This document shows positions 20,533-33,070 of a DNA stretch of 42,379 nucleotides, one piece after another. How positions within the stretch are numbered: the first letter of the stretch is position 1; each line of letters opens with the position of its first letter. The position numbers were made by a program, and so were the translations under genes. The notes beneath the pieces were generated by a model, which was not told the DNA's origin, ran no database searches, and saw only the letters and a list, made by a program, of their open reading frames with translations. The stretch is from Octopus bimaculoides (lineage: Eukaryota), in contig NC_068983.1 in assembly GCF_001194135.2 (NCBI RefSeq), positions 147,040,195 to 147,082,573 of the forward strand, written 5' to 3'.

Positions 20533-21754
20533 TCATCAATTAGCTTACGTCAAAAATAGCTTTTAGGGGACAACGGCCGAGAAAAGGTTGAGAATCTATG
20601 TCATAGATGAAGTGGAAGTGAATGTGAAGAAGTGAGTACAGTATTGCACATCTGATTTTTTTCAAAGAGGATACACGAACTGGTTTCCACGTTGACGCTA
20701 ATGTATCGCTTGGGATGGAGCCTATGTTCAATGTTAGGTTTGTGTCGAATATGAGTGTGTGTGTTTGTTTTTGGATTTAATTTTTATTGTTTTCTGCAAG
20801 TCTTTCTACATATTTATTGTTGCATTAAGATCAGGTTAGACATGAAAGTGAAGACGAGCGGTTTAGTAGTTAAGGCTTTCAGCTTACGATCGTATGCAAC
20901 ACGTCTTATTAAGCGAATCAAACCACAGAATTTCAGTCGGGAACGATTATATAACTATTTTCACCAGGTAAATAAAAGATTAGATTATTGTTGCTCTATA
21001 TAAAGAAAAAAGCACTCGCAATTATTTTCCACAATATATATATTAAGAGAGAATGGGAGAGAGAGAGAGAGACAACAGAGAGGGAATGAATGTATTATGA
21101 AAAGACATTGAACTGTGAAATGTAACTGCAATACAGAATAAAATATCCTAAAAAGAAACTTATGATGTCTTACCTATCTTTGCCTCTGTCACGATAGCTT
21201 TCCTTCTTTATGAACACTTCATTAAATTAAATTTCATTCAGCCAATCAGAACACTTCAAATCAGAATAAGTTGTAATTTTGTGTATGTATAATTACGTCA
21301 TTGTGTGCGTAAAAAAACGTGTGGTATATGTTTTTTTGGGCGGGGACGGGTGTTTATATGTGAATATAATATCTGTGTATTTGTGTGTGTGTGTGTGTGC
21401 GTTTGAGGATATCTGTGTTTGTGTAAATTTATGGTTACGGGAGCATACTTTTCCACGTGAATGGGTATGTATGTTTCTGTTGTATTTGGTTACTGGTATG
21501 GGTGTATGCCTATGTGTGTATGAATGTGAGTATTTTTATATGTAGAATGTGTAGATGATATATATGAATGTACATGAAATGATATCAACAGCATGAAAAT
21601 ATAGTTAAGTATCTATCATTGAAAGTTCTATCCCACTGCACTGCATATTTGGTCAATGTCCTCTACTAGGGTTTCGGTTCAACTGGAATCTTCTGAAAGA
21701 AGAGTGAGTGCACGTGTAGAAAACCGTCTATTTTACTGCTGGTGGAGATAACTA

Positions 21755-21757
<3 letters not shown>

Positions 21758-21833
<76 letters not shown>
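21758..21833. repeat. (TG)n microsatellite
   Basis: Direct reading. Confidence 0.98.
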
Positions 21834-21835
<2 letters not shown>

Positions 21836-21844
21836 CACGCATCC

Positions 21845-22310
21845 ATATTTTACCAAGTTGTTTTAGAAACAGAATCAAACGCCTTCGTATTGTCTTCTTG
21901 TAGTCTAGCTATGCATTCAACAAATTTCGGTGGTGCCGTTTCTTTCATTGAGGACAGCTTAGTTGATGAGGGGTTGTTCGGCACAGTCGCAAACTCCTTT
22001 CTTTCCTTCTTCCTGTTCGGCAGTCATTACATAGTGTTTCACAGTGGACTTGGAGGAAAACATTTAAGTAACCTGGGTACAATTTATACATGATATTCAG
22101 GCATGCCATGAGTCTGTAGTCTCTGGCCAAGTGTATTTCCTGGTACATGCAGCCATCATCCAGTCTGGTGCATCGGGAGGATGGAGGGACAAGCATAGGA
22201 TCGGTGTCCAGGTAGCCTTTGAGTGCTTCAAGATACATCTCAGACAACACCTAGAGAACATCAAAGAGAGAAATAAGTAATTCAGGAGTGTATTCGAAAG
22301 CAAATGTGAT
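21845..22310 (-). mobile_element. RLE-type (R4-like) LINE RT motifs 0-3, inverted segment
   Basis: PDWMM; YRLMACLNIMYKLY; KGVCDCAEQPLIN; LDYKK..FDSV. Confidence 0.75.
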
Positions 22311-22399
22311 AACATTTTGAGAGTAGGTGAAAAACTCTGAGTGTAGTTATTCCGTTGTGAATCTAAAGTTGCTGGGTGGACTCATTTAAGCAGAGACTT

Positions 22400-23185
22400 G
22401 GAGGAGAAATACTCATCATGCCAACAGAAAGTGGTGCATGTTTTCATATCCCGCAAACTATATTAATACCAATAACATGGACAGGTGTAGAAAATTCTCC
22501 AAAAGTAAATAAGTATATCACATCACACCTAGAAGGCTAAGCTTTTATCATCTAGGAACAGAAGATTGCTATTAAATACCTGGTGAACAGAAGAGATAGA
22601 AATGCTTGTAGACCTCCACACTGCGACAGAAAATGCTGTACCAGTGTAGAGGATATTACTCACATCATCAGCTACTGTCTCAAAATGTCTGCTAGATATT
22701 ACCTCGGCATGAGACATAGCATTGTCACAAAGGCAGTTTGCAATGTCATAGGAAAGAAGGACAGCCCTAAGTCATATTTAAGTCACATTAGAACTTGAAT
22801 TCATTCACACCTATAAAACAATAAATATTGGGGGATCATCCCGATAAGAATAGCCATTAGTGTAAGCACAACAGGCCATACATTGTCCTTATGGCAAAAG
22901 AGCGCAAAAGACATGCACTACAGTAAAGATTGGTTGCTCAACTGATTTGAATGTTGCATCAAAAACTGTAGAAAAGAGAACATTTAAGGAGAACTAATAA
23001 GAAACTCGTAGCGCTTACACCCCAATTACAGATTCTCGTGCGTACCCATTATCAAAAGAGCTATGTAAAAACCTAGAAAAACTTGGATTTTGCATAGAAG
23101 AACAAACGAAACTAATCCATGTTCTTCAAGTACAATCAATTAGTGGTACAAGTAATATCTGTGAAACATTCCAAGGGTTATTCCT
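22400..23185 (+). mobile_element. RLE-type LINE CCHC and endonuclease 3' segment
   Basis: KCC..VEDITHIISYC.KMSARYYL.MRH; KHNRP; C..DLNV..K..EK; PII; QVQSISGT..ICETF. Confidence 0.7.
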
Positions 23186-23538
23186 GTGAGTTTCCTAATT
23201 TGAACAAATGAAAAACATGTAAAATGCTTCAAGGACGCTGCATATGAATTTCCAGGGTCATACATGTCCACATATACATATGGAATGCATGAACAGACAG
23301 ACATCTAAGAGTGAGGCACAAACACTTGTATACTAAAGGGAAACTCATATCTACCTCACAAGAAGAAAAATTATTAAAAGTTATTCATGAGCACATGCAT
23401 GCATAGATACAAATATCAACCGATTCAGACGACCACACATTCCCAATACCTGACTTAACTGAAACAAAAGAGCCTTGTCACTTATTTAGTTGCTAGCTTG
23501 AATTCTCACAATAAAAAAATAAATCCAAAATAAAACGC

Positions 23539-23548
23539 NNNNNNNNNN
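23539..23548. other. Assembly gap (10 N)
   Basis: Ns. Confidence 1.
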
Positions 23549-23744
23549 AAAAATATGAGGTGACCCGAGAATATTACATGAGACTTAGAAAATCATGGCA
23601 GTAAGGACTTTCCTCTTATAAGACAATATTCTGTAACACATTTGCAGTGCCACTGCTAACATCATTTGGGATACTTGACTGGTCTGTAGTGGAAATCCAT
23701 CCCATAAACAATAAAACTGGCAAGATCCTGACATCAACTAGAAA

Positions 23745-23761
23745 TGTCTGTCTGTCTGTCT

Positions 23762-23851
<90 letters not shown>
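23745..23851. repeat. (TCTG)n(TCTA)n tetranucleotide microsatellite
   Basis: Direct reading. Confidence 0.98.
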
Positions 23852-23852
<1 letters not shown>

Positions 23853-25377
23853 GGTCAGTAATAATCGAGAGAAGAAGCTTTCATGACAAAGTTTCATTAT
23901 CTTTCTCATTAGATGCATTTTCACAGATTCTTTAAAAACATTCCCTACAACTTGGCCTGTTTCTTACCTTTCAGTTATAATTCCATTCACATCCAAGACA
24001 CATTATTGTAGAGTGCTTTAAAGTGGGGAATGTCTTCCAGGATGTTATGAGAGTTGAAAAGAGGGAGGCGAAATCGCAATGTTTACAAAAAAAACAAAAA
24101 AAAACAATACTAGCATTTGAAATAATTAAAATTTACTTGGTCAGCACCATGGCAATGAGGAGTCTCCTGGTGTGCTTAAGACGTTTCTCGTGAATGTGAA
24201 CATGATCAACCTCTTTTGCTTGAAATTCCTATTTACTGCAAACGCTTTCTGACTGGAGTTTAACACTCCTACTCCATTGGCATTCTTCTCAAGATCTTTC
24301 TTTACATTTTTATGTAACATACTTTTTGTCAATATATAAAGCCCTTTTACTTTAATTTAAACTTTTTGAAATAATTCAATATTATATACTTTTAAGTGTT
24401 ATCTCAATACCAGTAATTTTCTTGGCTGTAAAAAGCGTTGCCTGTAAAATAAAAGGTAGGCAAGAAGGGAAAATGCCGGCTCGGGAGTGAGACTGTTTTT
24501 AATTAATTGAACCTAGAAAAATACAGGGCAGGAAGTGGAAGCTTTAAAATATTGCAGCTAAAGTGTGAACCGAAAAAAAAAAACGGCGCTTTAAGTTTCA
24601 TTCAAATGTAAAAGTATACTCCCTCTGGATTCTAACTTTCTCAGCAAAGCATATTCTTGGAACTTCCTACATTTACTCCCTGTAATGTAAAGTATGGTGG
24701 ATGATGAAGCTGGGACTGAAGCACTTGTAGTTTGTGATGTAGCCTGTCTTTCAAAATTTAACAACGCTCAGCTACCTTCCTCTCATGATTTTCTTACTTA
24801 GTTGAGCTAACATTTAGGCACACAAAAATATTAGTTCATCCCGTGCGGTGAGGAGAGTGACTAGGGTGCACTTTAACTTATATAGTAACAGTCAAATAGG
24901 CAGTAACATCCTCTCAGTTCACTAATGATGTGAAATAAATAGTATAGAAATTCTAGTGAGATTTAGCTTTCCTAGTTAGAAAAAAATGGAACTTTATCCT
25001 CACTTGGAAAGAAAGGATTCGGAATCTTTGACCCTGAAGCTCTGGAAATCCAACACTTGATACTCAGAAAGTCACACTCCCCAACACTCATACTTACATA
25101 TTATATAAATGGGAGTGCATATGTATGTGTATATACGTGCTTTATATGTATATATCTATATATCCACATATGGTTTTTCCTTGAGAGAGTTCAAGCTGGT
25201 TGCTAACAAGGTGACAAGATTTTTGAGTTCCCAGTGTTTGTAAATATGTGGTTGAGTTAGAATGTTGGTAGAACTGTCGATGCATACACCAAAATTGTAA
25301 GCATCTATCCACATGTACATTTGTATTTATTTATTTATTACACACACACACACACACACACACATGTATATGTAACC

Positions 25378-25532
25378 TTTTATCCTTTACTTGTTTCAGT
25401 CTTTGAATTGCGCCATACTAGGATTGGGATACGGTCTTGGAGGTTTAGTCGAACAAATCAATCTCAGTGTTTCTTTTTTTTAATCTTGGTACTCTATAAA
25501 TCCTGGTATTCTATCGGATTCTTTTGTTAAAC
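25378..25532 (-). mobile_element. Diverged SINE B part
   Basis: TTTACTTGTTTCAGTC...TAGTCGAACAAATC...TATTCTATCGG. Confidence 0.7.
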
Positions 25533-25856
25533 TCTAAAACACAGCTAGAAATGACACAGGGTTAAATTCCATAACATAGAACTATATTTCAATTTTAAAA
25601 AGATCAAATCACCGGGGTTGATTATCTAAAGGAATCATCCACATGAAAATGAATAATGAATTATGTAGAGGTAGCCAAATTTAATTTGAAGCATACAAAA
25701 TCTAATTAGAAATACCAACATGGTGAAGAGAGTACAAAAATAGCTCAATGTTTTTATTATTTCAAGAAAGTGAAACAAACTGAACTTGTTTCAGTCTTTT
25801 TAGATCTTTGTAATAAGGCATTGACTTACACTATTTACTAATTTAGGCCTTTTCAC

Positions 25857-25961
25857 TCGAAGCAAATAAAATTGCTTTCGGAACAAATTAAAATACTCTC
25901 GAAGCAAACTACAATAGTTTCGAAGTAGAGTAAAATTATATCAAAATAAATTAAAATAAAG
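25857..25961. repeat. 21-bp minisatellite, 5 diverged copies
   Basis: Units start at 25857, 25878, 25899, 25920 and 25941 (TCGAAGCAAA...). Confidence 0.85.
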
Positions 25962-26029
25962 CAAATCCAATATTTTTTCTAATTAAATCATATCATTAAA
26001 AATATTCCTAATGCTTTTATCTAACAAGT

Positions 26030-26400
26030 CATGATTTACAGTCCAATGCTGACTAGCAGCACATCTTGAACAAGTATCAAAATAACCTTCATAAGTTTAT
26101 GGGAATCATCTGTTTGGAAATACAAAACTGTTATTCTGACTTGCTTCACTGAAATCATTTCTTCATCAAAATGACTTGCTTATAGTTTGTTGGAACAAAA
26201 TTAATTCATACATTCAATGCAAATGTTTGCAAAGATTTTTCAAAGCGTGAGCATTCGTTTAGCCTCTCAACATGTCCATATTCTATCTTCTTTGCTTTGT
26301 CGTGGACACCTCACGATGCACATGTGAAGCACGATCTTTGCATACTTAATGATATAATTACTTCGTAGTATCATATATTGCGGCAATGGTTCCAAATGCT
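26030..26400 (-). mobile_element. Possible very old hAT-like transposase relic
   Basis: FDEEMISVKQVRITVLYF weakly resembles hAT DE.TD.S..KQ..I.VRYF; recalled similarity only. Confidence 0.3.
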
Positions 26401-27078
26401 CGCTTGTGGCAGACAGTATACGCATATGCATTTCAAGAGAAGAATTCCTGTGTAATCCCCACTTGTTTCTCTGTTCGACAAATATTTAAACGCCAACACT
26501 TTTAGCTAAAAGTTCATATCGTATTGAGGGTCATCATCAGTAAGAAAATACACCATTATAAGCCTGGAATCAGACTAAATGAATTCACATTTAAAGCAGG
26601 TCAGCGTAAGTTCAAGTACTTCAAAATATACATAGATACCATGTTCTTTCTAAATTTGCTTCAACGTTTATTTTAACGTTTCGAGGTTATTTTATATGGG
26701 AGTCAACATAAATATCAAAACAAAATCTAATTAGAATTAGTAAAGCAGTGACGAAAAAACACTTGCCCAATGACTCTTATTATTTTATATTATTTGATCA
26801 AGCATTGGAGATAACTCGATATATTTCTGTACTATTAAACATCCTCAGAGAATCATTGACATCACCGAGCGAAGTTGTCTCCTGTACATGCCAAATGGAT
26901 TAAAATAATATTAATAATCCAGAATATTAATTTTTTTCTACCCGCATTCGTGTTTCTAATTCAATTTTTGATTGAATATATTTTGCATTAAATATATTCA
27001 TCCTTACTTAACCCCTTTATTTTAGAGGTCACCTTTTATCCCACTTTTTACTTGTGTGTTGTCAATAAATTATATACT

Positions 27079-27117
<39 letters not shown>

Positions 27118-27831
27118 GCGGATGCAGGTGTGCAAACATGTACCAAGTTTCTTCACAAAATGAGTGCATTGCAAGCATTCATTTCTTTTATTGTAATCTA
27201 ATCTTATGTATTTACTGCTTAAAATTTGAAATAAAACAGTTTCCTATTATGGGTGACACATATATAAGAACTGAATCACTTTGAAAGAGTTGTCAAGGGA
27301 GGAAGAGAGAGGGAAAGAGAGAGAAAATGAGACAGGGGGAATAAAAACATATTTAATTCCTTTTCTTTCAACGAATGCTGCTCAACTTACATCAAAGGCT
27401 TGACCATCCCATTCTTTATTCACACAATATACTCAAGACTACATGAGCTAATATCTATTTTTTAAAACGTTGGGCATAATTTGGGGAATGCTGGTTTGCT
27501 GATTCTAACAAGTTCAGTGGACCTTACAGTCTTTGTTTAACTACATCAGCTAGCGACAGATTTTTATATGATACTAGCAGCTAAGTCTGGTTTCACCCCA
27601 TCGGTTTGGATGATGTTGCTGTAAAACTTATTCTGTGTAAGCATTCGACTTGTTTGGGCACGCTTCTGTTAAATTTTAGAATGACTTTTTTTCCGTCAAA
27701 ACACTAAAAATAACTGACCAAGAAAAAAAAAAAAAGCAACCAAGATTTAACCAAATCAAAAATAAACCCAAATACTAAGCAAACAAAGATGAACCATCAC
27801 ACTTCCATTGTGTGCACTCACGCACACACAA

Positions 27832-27862
<31 letters not shown>

Positions 27863-28412
27863 CGCACACACATTCACATACCCCCTTTACATACACACAC
27901 ATATTCACACAGAGTTGAAACGCTGTTTGATTTAATTTTTTCAGTGTACAATTTTCATCATCCCACTACCAAGTATGACATCACCCCTTTCTTCTTTATT
28001 CATCTATCACCCCTTCCTTTCTCATTCATAAACACAAGAGTATTATTATAGTAGATTATCTCGGTAACCATGGGAGCTATGAATAGAATACAAAGCCCAG
28101 CAACGGCACCGGATCATTTTTCGCGCAATCCCACCCAGCCGTTTGACCGTGAATCCCAAGACAAGAAAGAATCGACCATGTCAAATTTATATGTATAGAT
28201 GGGGTTACTAAAGTGAACAAGCAGAAATTCAAGACTAGCAATTTCACCACCAAAGCTGGGCGATCTTTGCTGCTGATATTTTTGAGTGTTTTTACACCTA
28301 TAAAAGATATTTTCTCAAGACGAATATCGTAGTTGGGAAGTTTGAACCTATATACACTTGAAGTATCTATATATATATGTGTGTGTGTATGTGTGCGTGT
28401 GTGTATGTGTGC

Positions 28413-28451
<39 letters not shown>

Positions 28452-28528
28452 TGTGTGTGTGTACAGATCTCTAATTTTGAGCTAATACCCCTCCCCTCAC
28501 AGAATATATTTTTTAAAAACTATAACAT

Positions 28529-28934
28529 AGGCGCTGCAGTGGCTGTGTGGTAAGTAGCTTGCTTACCAACCACATGGTTCTGGGTTCATTCTCACTGCGT
28601 TGTACCTTGGGCAAGTGTCTTCTACTATGCCCTCGGGCCGACCAAAGCCTTGTGAGTGGATTTGGTAGACGGAAACTGAAAGAAGACTGTCGTATATATT
28701 TGATTTTCTTTATATATTTGATTCTCTATATTTAATACTCAATATTTCATATATTCAATAAGACATTCAACACTTCATTTCATTTTTCATTTTACCATTT
28801 AATTCTATAAGAATATAAATAAAACATAAAAAACAGAGTTGGAACTCTTTTAAATAATACATTTCTCTATACACGATCATACAAAACCCTTTTGTTTGTA
28901 TATATATATTTTTTTATTTTGTATATTTATTTTT

Positions 28935-28998
<64 letters not shown>

Positions 28999-29230
28999 GT
29001 TTGTGTGTGTATATATTTGTGTGCCTGTGTTTGTCCCCTCAAGATCGTTTGACAACCGATGGTGGTGTGTTTACGTCCCCGTAACTTAGCGGTTCGACTA
29101 AAGAGACCGATAGAATAAGTACTAGGCTTACAAAGAATAAGTCCTGGGGTCGATTTGCTCGATTAAAGGCGGTGCTCCAGCATGGCCACAGTCAAATGAC
29201 TGAAACAAGTAAAAGAGTAAAAGAGAGAGA
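28529..29230 (+). mobile_element. SINE A/B composite with an expanded (~310-bp) AT/CA-rich interior
   Basis: A head 28529-28700, B part 29010-29230, same strand. Confidence 0.85.
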
Positions 29231-29329
29231 GTAACAGATCGAACATTATGAAAATGTAAAATGCCTGTCTTGTTTTCTTTTATTAGTGAGTATGGTTGTT
29301 GTTGCTGTTGTTCTTGTTATTATTGAATG

Positions 29330-29934
29330 AGGTGGGACAGATCCGTCTGTCGGCCGGGTCTGTAGTGATGATTGCACCGTCGCCCTCCTTCAATGAGCAG
29401 GTATAGCAGTTTTCCTTTGTTTGGTAGCTGTGGCGAAAGAGTTTGTTTGGTGGACAAGGCTGAAAAGTATAACGACAGATACATTCCTCTTTGGTAGAAC
29501 TCTCATTGACTTCTTCAAGTTTCCCTTGAAAAGGAAATTGAGAATGGAGAGGGAAGTGCTGACCTCAAGAGAGTTTATTGAAAGGTGGGAGGAAGTTGCG
29601 AAAATGGCAAGAGTGGATGGCACCTCTCTAAGTGTAGTCATGTGAGTTGGAGAGGGCACTTGCACCTGGGGTTTCAGGAAAATTTCGGAAATCTCGATTA
29701 TCCCTAGAGGCCTTCATATAACAGGAGGGCCACATCTCTATCATCCTCCCCGCCACTTTTTCTTTTTTAAAACCTTTGTATGCTATGCATATGTTCTTTC
29801 TTTTTCAGTGGATACCGTGTATACTTTCTTTTTTTCACTTTTTCTTTTTATCATTTCATTATATGTAAACCCCAACACTTTATGTCTGCTTTTGTATTGT
29901 CTCCCTCATCCATCATCCTTGTGGAAAATAAATT

Positions 29935-29938
<4 letters not shown>
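29330..29938 (+). mobile_element. Tx1/L1-clade LINE 3' end, 5'-truncated
   Basis: Homologous to the reverse complement of 9373-9995; ends AATAAATTAAAT followed by (CAT)n. Confidence 0.85.
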
Positions 29939-29995
<57 letters not shown>

Positions 29996-30040
29996 TATTA
30001 TTAATATTATTATTATTATTATTATTATTATCATCATCAT
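29938..30040. repeat. (CAT)n(TAT)n microsatellite
   Basis: Direct reading. Confidence 0.95.
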
Positions 30041-30149
30041 TTATGGTATCCTCTCTTTATAACTTTATTTCAGCTGCCTTAGTACCGGGCATCCTCCGGA
30101 GGCCAAGAGTAGCAAGGCACTTTTGTTTTGCTAGGCATGCTAAAATTAT

Positions 30150-30560
30150 CACCACATGACCTTGCAGGTGGGCCCAGTTAGAATTTTTTTCAGGGTTGTT
30201 TAAGGATGTTGAACGAAACATCTATGCTTCCAGAGGTGAATTATTCAAACTCCAAAGAATTCCTCTCAACACATGGCTATGATGCATCCACCACTACTTC
30301 TGCTCATGATCAGAGATGCACGTATCGTCAGCTACCAAGGGACATGCTCAACTGATTAAGGTCAAACAACTGACAAGCAAATCTGTGGTATTAAGCAGAA
30401 TATTTGCTGTAGCCCATCTTTTATACGAAGACAAAACAATGTACATGGTAACACTACCAATCAGTTAAGATCAGAAGCCATGAGAGCCACTGCCTGATAC
30501 TGCATCAGAGAATGGTACTGCATCAGAGTATGGTGCTGCATCAGGGCATGGTACTGCATC
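30150..30560. mobile_element. ~540-bp repeat, copy 2, with a tandem 18-mer terminus
   Basis: Matches 240-640; four copies of a TGGTACTGCATCAGRGYA-like unit at 30495-30560. Confidence 0.85.
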
Positions 30561-30596
30561 ATTACTATCATTATTATTATCATTATTATTATCATC

Positions 30597-30808
30597 AAGG
30601 CGGGCAGCTGGCGAAATCGTTAGCACACCGCGCAATATGTTTAGCGGTATTTTACCCGTCTTTACTTTCTGAGTTCAAAATCTGCCGAGGTCGACTGCGT
30701 TTCACCTTTTCGGGGTCGATAGATTGAGTACCAATCAAGTACTGAAGTCGATGTGTTCGACTATTCCCCTCCTCATAATGTCCAGGCCTTGTGCCTGTAG
30801 TAGAAAGG
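30597..30808 (+). mobile_element. SINE family C, tail type 2, followed by (TTA)n
   Basis: Full head, central domain and tail. Confidence 0.85.
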
Positions 30809-30845
30809 ATTATTATTATTGTTGTTGCTGCTGTTGTTGTTATTG

Positions 30846-30875
<30 letters not shown>

Positions 30876-30877
<2 letters not shown>

Positions 30878-31908
30878 CAGTAGTTTTACTTTTATAACGT
30901 GCTTTCACTTCACTACCGAGCGCAGCTCTGTGTGCCTTGGGTATGCGCTGTGGTTTGCTGTGATGCTCTTGTGGTTACTGTACTGAAAGGGCTTTGCGTA
31001 GGATGTGTGCAGTGCCCAGTAGTGCAATTTTCTGTATGTTATATATATTTGTAAGTCCTGGTGTTTTTGTTATGTATTTGTTTGAATATATTTTTTATTA
31101 TACCTAAGGCACCTACTATGATAGGAATTGTTTCTGTTTTTAGATTCCACATTCGAGTTACCTCTATTTCCAGGTCTTTGTATTTTGAAAGTTTCTCCAT
31201 TTCTTTTATGGAAACATTGTCATCTGCTGGTATTNNNNNNNNNNNNNNNNNNNNNNNNNNNNNNNNNNNNNNNNNNNNNNNNNNNNNNNNNNNNNNNNNN
31301 NNNNNNNNNNNNNNNNNNNNNNNNNNNNNNNNNNNNNNNNNNNNNNNNNNNNNNNNNNNNNNNNNNNNNNNNNNNNNNNNNNNNNNNNNNNNNNNNNNNN
31401 NNNNNNNNNNNNNNNNNNNNNNNNNNNNNNNNNNNNNNNNNNNNNNNNNNNNNNNNNNNNNNNNNNNNNNNNNNNNNNNNNNNNNNNNNNNNNNNNNNNN
31501 NNNNNNNNNNNNNNNNNNNNNNNNNNNNNNNNNNNNNNNNNNNNNNNNNNNNNNNNNNNNNNNNNNNNNNNNNNNNNNNNNNNNNNNNNNNNNNNNNNNN
31601 NNNNNNNNNNNNNNNNNNNNNNNNNNNNNNNNNNNNNNNNNNNNNNNTGTTTCTTTTCATTATATGTTTTTGGTAATTTCTGGTGTACAGCAATTAAAAA
31701 TCCTTCAGTCTCTGCTTTGAGTCCTGAGCTTCTCATCCATTACTGGGATTTTTCTCTGTCTATTTCTTTTGCATTTAGTTTAGCCCAGTATTTACCATGT
31801 ATGGGCTTTTCTTGCCATCATTTTATCATGGTCCGTTGCTGTTCTAGTTTTAGTTTGGATTTCATTTGTTTTATAGCTTTTGTTGTTTCTTCTCCCACCT
31901 CCTCCTTA
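30876..31908 (-). mobile_element. R4/Dong-like family 1 3' portion spanning a gap
   Basis: WMRSSGLKAETEGFLIA; RLE and 3' UTR match 8533-9310; the end is followed by (TAA)n on the element strand. Confidence 0.9.
31235..31647. other. Assembly gap (N run)
   Basis: Ns. Confidence 1.
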
Positions 31909-32372
31909 TCATGACTACCCGTCTGATAAGGGTATACCAGGCACATGCATCACAACCATATGTACGCGACATGGTGATCTCATATCAAGATAAACAGCGC
32001 ATGACCTTGCAGGTGGGGTCCAGCTAGAATTTTCTCCAGGTCGAGTAGCCCATCCCGCTCAAAAGGTCCTTGAATGAGATTCGTTTAAGGATGTTGAGCA
32101 AAACACTCATGTTTCCAAAGGTGAATTATTCAAACCCCAAAGAATTCCTCTCAACACATAGCTATGATGCTCCCCCACTACTTCTGCTCACGATCAGAGA
32201 TGCACGTATCGTCAGCCACCTAGGGACATGCTCAACTGGTTAAGGTCAAACAAGTGACAAGCAAATCTGTGGTATTAAGCAGAATATTTGCTGTAGCCCA
32301 TCTTTTATACGAAGACAAAACATCGTACATGATAACACTTCCAATCGATTAAGATCAGAAGCCATGAGAGCC
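31909..32372. mobile_element. ~540-bp repeat, copy 3, fused directly to R4 coding sequence
   Basis: Matches 148-612; junction ...CCTCCTCCTT|ATCATGACTACCC. Confidence 0.85.
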
Positions 32373-32615
32373 AAATTCCGCCGATGTCGACTTTGCTTTT
32401 CATCATTTCGGGACCGATAAATTAAGTACCAGTGAAATATTGTGGTCGAAATAATCGACTCTCCCCTCCCACCCAATTTCAGGCCTTGTGCCTTTAGTAT
32501 AAAAGATTATCATGATTATCAAGGCGGCCAGCTGGCGGAGTCGTTCGCACGCCGCACAATATGCTTTACGGCATTTCATCCGTCTTCACGTTCTTAGTTC
32601 AAATTCTGCCGAGGC
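32373..32615 (+). mobile_element. Two partial SINE family C copies (a 3' half, then a 5' half)
   Basis: AAATTCCGCCGA.GTCGAC...GGCCTTGTGCC; then AAGGCGGCCAGCTGGCGG...GTTCAAATTC. Confidence 0.8.
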
Positions 32616-32869
32616 TTTGAGCCTATATTAAAAAGTTTCACTCCGTTTCTGTTACTGAATTAGAAGAAGCTTGTTACAAAAACTTTCTCGGTTATATAAG
32701 TTCCTTGACCTTTTTTTTTTTTTTCACATGATTGCCAGTACCAGTTTTAATAGAGGATTGGTTGTAGGAGAAAATGTATCAGATTTCTCGTGCTCAAACT
32801 ATTTTAGTCATAGAAGTCAACCATGCGTGGCTGTCTCCACTCCCATTGACTTTAGCAAAAAACAACTTG

Positions 32870-33070
32870 TGAACAATACTACCAACAATACTACAACACC
32901 GCCAACGCCACCAGCACCAACTACAATTACAACAACAATAACGTCAACAGACAAGACATGACAACTGACACCAGCATGGGACGTGAGAACTCTAACAGCA
33001 ACGATAATAGGAAAACCATTAGCAGCAGTAACATCAACAATAACGCTGACTGCAACAACAGCATCAACAA
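32870..33070. repeat. Degenerate (ACA/CAA)n low-complexity tract
   Basis: Direct reading; explains the Thr/Asn-rich ORFs. Confidence 0.8.

Noticed and set aside
24141-24332. Possible pogo-like HTH transposase start on the minus strand
   Set aside because: Only faint resemblance; no downstream DDE region or matching TIR pair was found.
26466-26545. CTGATGA-TGAC...GTC-GAAC on the minus strand as a hammerhead
   Set aside because: The GAAA core is broken and no stem I or III can be formed.
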